NCBI GenBank assembly: GCA_965637545.1 | Contig: OZ281500.1 | Location: 3,286,001 to 3,350,000, forward strand | Length of the DNA stretch: 64,000 bases | Source: Phallusia mammillata | Lineage: Eukaryota | Direction: 5' to 3' | Part shown: one piece after another, positions 54,801 to 64,000 of the stretch | Layout of the letters: each line of letters begins with the position of its first letter | How positions within the stretch are numbered: the first letter of the stretch is position 1 | Notes under the pieces: model-generated | Database searches by the model: none | What the model was told of the DNA's origin: nothing | The model's input: the letters and a program-made list of their open reading frames with translations, nothing else | Position numbers and translations under genes: made by a program

Positions 54801-57800
54801 GTGGGTCATCGTTAAACAAATCAAATTGGCCTTCGGCCGGTAACGGCTCTTGCGCAGCTGGCGCTTCCAAAGCGGTCTTCCATTTCAATTCTTGCCGCAA
54901 CGGTGTTTTCGGCGTTTCCTTCACATGTTCCTCGATTCGACAAGGTACCGATGTCGTTGAAACGTCATCCAAATTCAGCACGTCGCGCATTCCATTGAAC
55001 GATCGACGCTCCCAGACATCAGCTTCGACCGCTGCAGCTTGTACTTCGTGTTCCGCTTCTAAAAGCTCAAATTCGTCCCGCTTACGTCGTTCAGCCTCTT
55101 CGAGTTGCAACTTCGCTCGTTGTTTTTCCTCGAGCTGTTTTTTCTTTAGAACAGCCAGTTCTTTCCTTACGGCAGCTTCGGTGCGTTTCGTACTTGAACG
55201 GGAACTACTAGCGATCGATGATCGTACAGTAGCTGGCCTTGATGCATGCGAACTATGACTTCGCTTTGACTGCACGGTAACATTATCATCGTGATTCTCT
55301 ACAATGCCAGACAGCCACTCGTCGATGCGATTTTCGAATTCTTCTTTGCCCTTGCGTAAGCTACTAAGCTCCTCCTTAGCCTTAGACTTGGCATTATTAC
55401 GTTTCAAAGCACTGACGTATTCAAAGTGGTTTTCGACATACTCTTCGAAAGTTAAAGAGACTTGCTTCTGCTTCTCCTTCAACACTTTAACATTCTGGTT
55501 GCTGACCATCAATTCTTCCGCTTCTAGGTAGAGAGAATTGAGTTTGTCCACAATTGCTTTCAGCGTGGCCTTTGTCACAATCATGTTGTAACTATTCATG
55601 AAACGTCTTCAATCAAACTTCAGGTCGTCGTATGTCCCAAAGTTGAGAACTTTAATGTAGCGGCCGTAATTTACTTAAAAATCTGCGCAGCCTGGATCTG
55701 CACCGACCGCCGCACTAGGGGGTTTCCTAATTTGTCTTGAACGCAACACTGTCTGCCTGATGGTACAAATTTCTCCTTGGTTGCACAACAGCATTGGTTC
55801 TCTGTTAAACGATCAGAAACGTGTCACAAATCGGCAATAATACGCACATTCAATATGGCCGATAAACTTATACACTTACGAACATGTCACGTTAAGAAAG
55901 TCAATACTTCTTAAATCATACACAAACAGTATTACGACGTTTAACTCATACAATTTTCACATTCAAATTACGTACCAACTTGTTAGGAGTCCAGGACTGA
56001 ATTACAGGCACTTTAACGGACTAAGACGTTTCAGCATTTCAATTACTTTAACTTTCATGTTTTTATAGCTACACATAAACACTAGTGTTAGAACAAAACA
56101 TTTCCAAAACTAAATTGAATCAACTATGAACTGCGACAACTAAACTGCTGCTTACAGCACAGAAAGAAACTGTAAAACGTGGTCAGCACAAGATTGCGAC
56201 ACTAATGACATCACACGCATTGTTACGTTTGGAGATTTCTAACCAATCCTGGCAGACGCTTTGTTACGTCATAGTCAATGAAGTCAAATCACTGACATGA
56301 ACTAGAAACAGGGAAATAAAGCACATACAAGTAATTTCTCGCTGTAACAGGCACTTTAAACGTTTGTTAAACAACAGGCTCCTTTAATGCACCACAAAAT
56401 GTTTTTTGTTAAAAAAAGTTTTTTTGCCATAAATAGCTTTGCGAAAAGATATAACAGTAAAATATTAAATCTATGTCAAAGAAACATATTGAACCTACTA
56501 TTAGCTGTAAACGATTCCGTTTTTGTACTTTCAACACCATTAGTTGTTGTACATTTGTAGTCGTCAGATTGTAAAACATCCGTGATGGTTATATATAACC
56601 TGGCACGTTTCAAGAAGTCCGAGCTTGCATCAGTGGCTTGGTAAACAGACAAAACTGTGTTTGTGGACAACGCTACTCCATTTCTTAAACAAATTATTTG
56701 AATGTATAAAAGCGCATGAGGTATAAGCATATTAAACTACCTACTTTTTCCATGCAACAGTAGGAGATGGATACCCAAAAGAAATACAATCAACCAAACG
56801 ATGTTGGGTAGAACTGACACTGATTGCAGATTCAATAGTTATGTTTGGAGAAACTAAACACAATTAGTTAATAAAATTTAGCGGTTAGTAAATAACAAGC
56901 TAATCTTTACAGTGATCTGTCATAGACATTAACAATTCCATCCAATATAAAACAAACAATTTAAAAATAACATTTTTTTAGGAACTATAAGTATTCCGAA
57001 GCCACCTAAAAGGCATGTTTTGTTGTAGAATTATCAGCAATATTTTGCAACTGGACCAATTGCATTAATATTCAGCATTTGAACGACTTATTTAATCACA
57101 AACATTACTGCCAAGGTAGTGGTGTATATAGAATACATCGTTCAGACGTTTCGACAATCTCTGTTGTCATCATCAGTGCATCGACAACCTCTGTTGTCAT
57201 CAGAGATTGTCGAAACGTCTGAACGATGTATTCTATCTACACCACTACCTTGGCAGTAATGTTTGTGATTAAACTACTTTTCAAGTCCGTGTATACTGTT
57301 CCTGAACGACTTATACCTTTAACTATGAGGTTCTTCGTTTTCGTTCCAGCACCAGGCCAGTTTGTAGCTTCACAAACATAATTTCCTGCTTCAGTTGCGT
57401 CTCTCAAAGTAAACGATAGCATAGATCGACCTGTGTAGTTGTTCGGTTGACTGGTGGTTTGAAAAACGTTGCTTGACGTTGAAAATGTCACTGCCGTCCC
57501 ACTCCTAGATAAAAATACGGGCGTACGTTTGGTTTAGATATATTATTCATGCAGAATATTGAAATAACGACCTTTTCCATCGAACTGTTGGGTTTTTATA
57601 TCCAACTGCTGTGCACGTAACTCTTTGTCGTGCTCCATACTGTGCTATTATTTCGCTTTTGTCGATCGAGTGTGTAAGGCTTGCTGCAAAAAGCGAACAG
57701 CATAGAGAATATCGGCCATCAGCAACAATTTCACATATTACCTGCTATTCCCAAATTGGCCGTTTCAGTAGTTGAACAGTTTGAGTTTCCAGTAATTTCG

Positions 57801-60363
57801 ATCTGTAAGTTACCAACATGCGACTCAGTGACACTGTTTATTGTGTGACTGAAGCTGGTTCCGTTGTAATTATTTAAGAGCGTCATTCGTTGATTGTTGT
57901 TGTAAATTGCTGTGACGTTGAGAGGTTCTGTGTAAAGTCCTGATATTGTTCCGCTGATGGTGATTGATCCGCCATACAACACTGAGTAGCGTGCTTGAGA
58001 AAATGAGATGACTCTAGGTTCTGTATAAACACCGTTTACAAAACATTGATTGCATCGAATATATAAATTACGGAAGTGTACAAATTTTTCTGAAATAATT
58101 TTGGACATTTATTTCAGTCCTTTGACTATGTTCCAAAAAGAATTAAAACACATGGTAATTTAATTGCGATGAAAAACAAAACCTAATGCTGAGTCACTGT
58201 CACTCTTAACTAACAGCGGGAATGGTACAAACTTAACATTCTCTTAATATGTGCTTTAACATACTATTTAGAATACTTAACTAACAAAACTACATAGATC
58301 GCGCGGAATAAGACAACCGAACAAAAAAAACTGTCTATTGCGTACAATGTTAAGAATTATACATCCACTGTCGAAAATGTTGTCATATAGTTTTTAGGGA
58401 AACATGAAATCATAAGTTTTTGTGTTTTATTATATTAGCAAACCTTCATATTCGCAGATGTAGTAATTGTCCACGTCACAGCTACCAGTACCCCATCCCC
58501 ATTTATTTGATTCTCGTACAAGTCGAACACACAGACCATTTCCAATATTTCCACCCAACCATGCTCCATATCCAACACTGGACCAGTGACCTGAAATAAA
58601 ATTAAGCTAATAATTGCAGCAACACACAAGCTGTCTCGGGTTGGGGTGATGTCATTCTTAATGCTTTTTGTATCGTTTGAGGACCAAATTTATGTCGCCT
58701 TGTTTATTGCCACATAATTTAGCATAACTGTGGCAAAAACAAAGAAATGTTCGGAAAAGTACGATATTGAAGTTTAGTACCGACGTTAACGTGTAGAAAA
58801 AAATGCATTAACCTGTTTAAACTTTATCAGTTGCTAAACATGCAAAACCAAAATCTACAGACGAATCAAATATGTTTAGTAACTGCTCTATAGCAGGGCT
58901 TCTCAAACTGTGGGTCGCGACCCCAATTGGGGTCTGTTGTAGAATTATCAGCAATATATAATTAAGAGTATTGCCAGCCTAGTAGCCATGTGCCCCAGAC
59001 TTTTTTATGCCTATTGTGCGCAAACAATGCGGAAAAGCAGATACCACAAGCGTCACAATATAGATTATTACGTCATAAAAACTAAGACTGTCATTCTGTG
59101 TATCAAGTCAGAATATAATTTAGGCTTTTTAGATACTATTATATATTATATATATATATATGCCAAGTATATTTCTTTACAGCATACTCATCAAGGGGTC
59201 GCGTAGAAATTTCTGTTGCAAAATGGGGTCGCAGAGCAAGAAAGTTTGAGTAGCCCTGCTCTATAGGAAAGTTTACAACCCAAACGTTGGAAAAGTTATT
59301 ACCAATTACTATGACGCTTTGGAATGGTTGATAACGTTGTTAACAGCAAGTTGCGCGTTTTACCTTAACCATATGTACAAATGGGTAAACCTTCAGCCAA
59401 ATGTTTTTGAAACATATGCCTAGATTTTTCATGGGTATTTAAATTTTCCCCCGGTTAATAACTTCTACTTTAGATCAAAGTATGTGCGCTTGTCATTTGT
59501 TGTTTGTCTACCAAAAAATGTCCAACACACAAAAAAATAATTGGTGAACAGATTGCGATTAACCTTGTACCGATTGCTAACTTGTTAGTGCACCACTTAC
59601 CTTCTCCTGGTTCTTTTGTTGCAAATACAGTTTCATCCAGCCATTTAATCTTCAAATCACTGGGCTCTCTTTTACTTCCCAAATAGATATCTACGAGAAA
59701 CTGGTTAAAGCTTTCACAATCAACACAACTTTGCAATGTTCGTTTACTCGCCATTAACAGAGCAAAAAAGTTTACGACCACCTTGAAATTCAAACCAAAA
59801 ACTTACAAACTTGTCCGCTTGACCACTTTGCTTTTACTTTGTCTAGCAGTAGGCCTTGTGTTTCTGCATCTTTGATAATAGCCAGTTTTCCATCATTATC
59901 CTTACAAGCCTGGTTTGCAACGTCCCAGTTGCGTTGATTTGTAGATATCACATAAAAACGTCCTTTGCATTCTGCAGCTGACGTGTCTGCAAACAAACAA
60001 CATTTTCGAAGCACCCTTTCACTAAATGAACTTGTAACATTGTTTAACTAAAAAACGACTTGAACTGACAATGAATATATTTTAAAAGAATATTTTAATT
60101 TTTTAGGAGAACCACCCTTAGGTTTGTGCCCCCTTGGTTGCACAACCGTCTTGAATCTGTTAACTACCATGCGATTGCTGTCCGTGACATTCTTCATTCG
60201 TTTACACTTTATGTGCCCAAAAAGCTTACTATTTTACTTGACAAACGTGCTGGTGTTATAAGCAACGTAACACAAAATAATTAGTAGACTTACGATAAGC
60301 AGTTTTACACAGGACAGAACAAAATATCATCAAAGATGCGAAAGGTCGACATATAATCTTCAT
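39801..60363 (-). CDS. Receptor-type protein tyrosine phosphatase: SP-CTL-8xIg-CTL-FN3-TM-PTP D1 (active)-PTP D2 (degenerate)
   Basis: Signal exon 60294-60363; C-type lectin exons 59807-59986, 59601-59690, 58444-58590; Ig exons from 58020 down to ~48285; second short CTL ~48177-48008 and ~47690-47583; FN3 ~47430-46980; TM exon 45906-45996 ([22 protein letters not shown]). D1 motifs [60 protein letters not shown]2 exons 41.9-40.3 kb; last exon 39801-39860 ([19 protein letters not shown]). Not every juxtamembrane exon was resolved. Confidence 0.88.
42947..43707. mobile_element. TIR DNA-transposon MITE in a PTP D1 intron
   Basis: ta|ggggaaagtcgtgtaatttggacc ... ggtccaaattacaagactttcccc|ta: 24-bp TIRs with 1 mismatch, TA on both sides, internal copies of ccaaattaca. 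Confidence 0.7.
50696..51389 (-). repeat. 3' LTR
   Basis: Differs from 55656-56349 at only two positions (50951/55911, 50997/55957). Confidence 0.97.
51390..51400 (-). other. Polypurine tract of the BEL/Pao element
   Basis: ggggccgggaa on the minus strand directly abutting the 3' LTR. Confidence 0.75.
51498..55599 (-). pseudogene. Disrupted BEL/Pao gag-pol (4 ORF pieces)
   Basis: 54322-55599 gag ([11 protein letters not shown]); 52725-54428 Zn knuckles, protease AFLDSGS, RT tail GGFHLRKW, RNase H start HHFADAS; 51820-52737 integrase (GVDYFGP, SDNGTNF, GGVWERL); 51498-51851 integrase C-terminus ([15 protein letters not shown]). No YVDD motif; frame breaks near 54345, 52740 and 51830. Confidence 0.92.
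55656..56349 (-). repeat. 5' LTR
   Basis: 694-bp direct repeat of 50696-51389; TATAAAA on the minus strand inside the LTR. Confidence 0.97.
57092..57302. mobile_element. Palindromic Penelope-like insertion with hammerhead core
   Basis: 73-bp inverted arms (57091-57163 / 57201-57273, 1 mismatch), 37-nt loop; 12-bp direct repeat tgaacgacttat at 57080-57091 and 57303-57314. Confidence 0.75.
57141..57180 (-). ncRNA. Minimal hammerhead ribozyme core (weak helix I)
   Basis: Minus strand: UGCA-CUGAUGA-U-GACAA-cagaga-UUGUC-GAAA-CG-UC-UGAA. Core and 5-bp helix II are intact; helix I has only 2 adjacent pairs. Confidence 0.5.
58894..59258. mobile_element. hAT (Buster/Charlie-like) MITE in a CTL intron
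   Basis: TIRs cagggcttctcaaac / gtttgagtagccctg (1 mismatch); exact TSD ctctatag (58886-58893, 59259-59266); ggggtcgcg subterminal motifs. Confidence 0.9.
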
Positions 60364-61651
60364 TCCTTGGCTCTACTCAAAAGATATCTATACTGTTGCA
60401 AATCTCTGTACTAACCTACATGTAACTAAGCCAACCTCCTATCAGCTATAGATAGTAGTAAAGTAGGCGTTGTGTTATTGGTGCAATGTTTATTAAACCA
60501 GATGATGTCATTTAGAAAACCCACGCTTCCTTAGTCAAGTATTTTAAGTAACTGTCCGCAACGTCAACTACCTGATAAAGACCAAACACAAGTATTTTAA
60601 ATTAATATGCAAACTAACAGAAACTAGTACAGTATTGAGACCTACAGTACACGATTGTATACTCTGTACCAATAGGGTGAAATAACCATCCCACGTGCAT
60701 TGTAGGGGGGAGGGTGCATAGGCCTTGGGTCCCGACGATGTTTAGATACCCGTCCTACTTTTAATTAGTTTAAAGCTGAACATCTGGTTGTAGCATTCAA
60801 ACAAAACCGCACATAAGTTATATGTTTGTCGTTGACTAAAAGTATGTGAAACCTGTTACCAGGACCAACTGCAACAGATTACCGACAGTGTTTATGTTTG
60901 GTATTTCTACTTATCGCTTACTTTATGTATTTTCTGTCGACATTCCAAAACAATTTGTTGGCAAACCTTTGATTAAGCTCCTGAAACATTTCAATCGTAA
61001 TGTTAAATGTAACAATATTACAAAATATGTACATGTTTTTTTTTACCCCGGATGGAAGAGATAGAAGTCAGATACCCGAAAAAGGTACAATTGATGTGTG
61101 GGGTTTCGCCGTCTTGAACTGTCACATCGGTTGTTAATGATGAATGAATCGCCTTCTCTAGAATAGATACAACATGAGCTTAAAGCGTCAATACAAATAA
61201 GTTATTTCAAACCTCTTGCAGTAAAATTGCCGCCGCTCCAACAAAATTTGTTGCTTGACATCAGTATTTTAGAGCTTTTTGTTCCACTTATAAAGGAAAA
61301 TCTAGCCTGCACATTGCCACATGGGATTGTTTGGTGACCGACTGATTCGATGTAACACATTTGTTAGGCCTGACGTACTATGATTTACATATGAGTGTGC
61401 CGTGATCGCTGGTCTGCATGAACGCTTCAGGGCTGATCCCAGTTATCATTTTATGATCATGTTAATCTTTATGTAATAATTTTATAATTCAAGTGCAGTA
61501 TTAAGGTACATCAACTAAGCAAAGTAAATATATAATACACAGAAGTAGCAAGATGAAAGTAAAAAAGAGGAATGAACTTAAATCGACAAATCCGTTCAAC
61601 GTTTGAGGTTTAGTTTGTAAAATCGAAAGAAAAGAGGTTCCCACATTTGTT

Positions 61652-64000
61652 TTATTCTTGGCTGGGGTTGGTATAAGTTGCAATGAAGGAGTAACAAGCT
61701 TTGTATTGATCCTGTAACCATAAAAAGGTCGTTATTTGGTGCACTTATACAGATGTTTAACCTTTTGTACAGTGTGAAATTTTTTTGCAAAAACAACAAA
61801 AATACTTAGTTTACGAGGTCAGAGTGTAGGGTTGGTTAATGGACATACGGCGCGTACACCCTGCCACTTTACGGTCACATGCGGAATAAATACAAATTTA
61901 TCCTACCGCTAACTCTTAGGACATGTATGTGGCTTTTGAAACAAGTTTGCACAGCCTTTTAGGTCTAACAACATAAAGGATTTTTAGATAAGGTAAATGT
62001 CGCCGTTCAGCTGACAGGCGTTTGATTTAGGCTCAGTGGAAACATTACTGGCGGCAATTGGTAAAATAAAAACGTGTCATACGCCGGGCAAAAACGCTGC
62101 TTACCCCGGGTTTTAAGAAATAGGTATCCAACTTTTTCAGCCTAATTTTTGGAACACGAAAGTGGCATATCCAGTGGTTTAAAACTTACCAGTGACAAAG
62201 GTACATCAGGCAATGAGTCGGTAATATCTTTTACTGTTCTAAACACATCGACCATACTTTCCGCTCTGTAGCGAGACATAAGATTCCAAGCGGCACACAA
62301 AAGAACGGTTTTGGAAAATCCGGTTCTGTAACCAACAAAACAGATTTTCAATATTATCCATTACATTGTTGGCTTACTTTCTTAAGATTCAACAGCAGAA
62401 GATACTTATACTGGCTACTACATCAATATAGAAATGATGCCGCTAAAAACTGATAAAACGCAGCAAAATTGGAGTGTTGCACGAATGTATGCACCTGGAC
62501 AGAAATAGCATGCTGCATTCGTTAGTAAGCGAATGGTAGGATTCAATCATGGAAAGAAAATGGATCATGTTGTAGTCATCAGTTGGGGTTTCCTGATCAG
62601 TCCAAAAGTTAAACTCGAACAGAAATATTTGACGCTAGAAAAAGTTTGAATAATGTTATTATTGTTAAGGACAAATGGCTAATGTAAACTGCGTAACCAA
62701 CTTTTTGTTGCTGTTCTTCATTCACAACATATATTCTGGTGACTTTTACGTCTTCATTAATTGTTTCGTCAATAAATTGAAGAGAAATTGCACCGTACTG
62801 TGCCGTTGTGTCATATTGGTTGGGCCAAACAATGGTTTGCTTCAAATACATGTGATATATGTTAGAAAACAAGTTATAGGCTACTGTGTTTCCTTGACAA
62901 ATCCAACCATCAAACAATTCATAGATCAGTACTGTTGATCAATTTACATGTGAAAAATAATAATAAAAAAACATTAGAAAACAACTTACTCTGTTTTTTT
63001 TTTGACATGCAAGTCATAGACCAGAACTGCGGAAAAATTTACACGTTCAAAATGAAAAAAACCTAAAAAGCAACTTATACTGTGGTTTGTTTGAAACGCA
63101 AGTCGTAGACCAGAAATTACCATACATATGATAAAGTGATATTGTATTTAGCTTGACCGAAACCAAAAGGAATTTTTGAAATAAAATTTATATCTTCGTT
63201 GTATTGATGACCATAATGAAGATGTATAAGTCGACGTACCATTGGTTGGTCTACTTGAACGATAAATCCAGTGTTTTCCAGCAGCAGCACACGGAAAAAG
63301 GCGTCGATGCCATCGGCTGTTGGTTCGTCTCCAATCATCAAATGGTCAGCAGGGTTGTAAGACTGAGTAATAAATGTTAAAAAATAAATTCACGTTACTA
63401 GTTTATCAAGTTGCAAAAACACGGATCCGTTCGTTTCCCACCTCGACTTTGTAAATTCCATTTCTGTGTGAACCCGGAGCTCCTTCTGGTGATGTGTCTG
63501 TAAAATAGGATATTAGTTTAAGGCTAGGAACTATTGCTAAAAGAAACAAAATAAATGGAATTAATCCTCCCTCTCCCAAAAAACCCAAAACCTAGGTAAC
63601 TTTGATGCTATTTATTTAGTTTTTATTTTTATTTCGACATGCTTTGGGATGTTTTAAGGTGTTAGCTATTGTGTTTTACAATTGATTGAGCATGATATAA
63701 GTATATAATTTTAATATATATAAGTTATAAGTAAGATTTTGTTAAACTAAATAAACAACAAATCTGCATTTGAATGGAGAACTTACAATACACTTTGGCC
63801 GGGTTATCAATCTTTACTTGAGAAGTAGTTGATTCGCCAAACAAAATGCTCAGGTCATTGAACTCTTTACTCATTTCACTGGCATGCTGATATCTATAGT
63901 AGCAATAGAAACAGTGTCAGTTTCACCATTCTTACTGTCTAAAGTCTTAACAAAAACAAAACTGTTAGGGTCTTGTATAGAGTATGTTTTCGGAGCTGGT
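61652..64000 (-). CDS. 3' part (PTP D2 exons) of a tandem paralogue of the receptor phosphatase
   Basis: Exons and parts of introns align to 39801-42060 ([82 protein letters not shown]); stop at 61652-61654, ~1.3 kb upstream of the ATG of the next copy. Confidence 0.9.

Larger units (their letters stand above)
50696..56349 (-). mobile_element. BEL/Pao LTR retrotransposon, internally deleted (no RT), 5654 bp
   Basis: 694-bp LTRs TG...CA (50696-51389, 55656-56349); 5-bp TSD ggcac (50691-50695, 56350-56354); gag, three Zn knuckles, protease, partial RNase H and integrase in BEL/Pao order; lies in the RPTP intron between Ig3 and Ig4. Confidence 0.97.

Noticed and set aside
52394-55531. Several plus-strand ORFs within the retrotransposon
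   Set aside because: Antisense shadows of gag-pol codon structure.
56347-56359. LTR-end/host junction (acaggcactttaa) matches a sequence inside the LTR; also a 15-nt LTR match at 60132
   Set aside because: Short, AT-rich matches compatible with chance.

Overview
Eukaryotic, AT-rich, intron-containing genomic DNA from a compact invertebrate genome. An ascidian/tunicate is the best guess (inference from intron sizes, a SIT-L gene and the MITE types). I rebuilt the spliced genes by hand from GT-AG sites and exon phases. (1) A 5-exon, 343-aa secreted precursor (+, 14772-19595) with furin-type sites and a C-terminal domain that aligns by eye to the neurotrophin/Spaetzle cystine knot. (2) A 7-exon silicon-transporter-like (SIT-L) gene (+, 30766-33372) with EGLQ and GRQ motifs. 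(3) A 9-exon METTL24/Methyltransf_22-like type II membrane protein (-, 34416-37583). (4) A ~20.5-kb receptor tyrosine phosphatase gene (-, 39801-60363) with the architecture signal-CTL-8xIg-CTL-FN3-TM-PTP(active)-PTP(degenerate), plus the 3' end of a close tandem paralogue (61652->64000). (5) Fragments of an unidentified minus-strand gene in the first 12.5 kb. Mobile DNA includes a very young BEL/Pao LTR element that has lost its RT (50696-56349, inside a phosphatase intron), six hAT MITEs with exact 8-bp TSDs, two other TIR elements, and two short TSD-flanked insertions carrying minimal hammerhead-ribozyme cores. No CRISPR, rRNA or tRNA genes were found.
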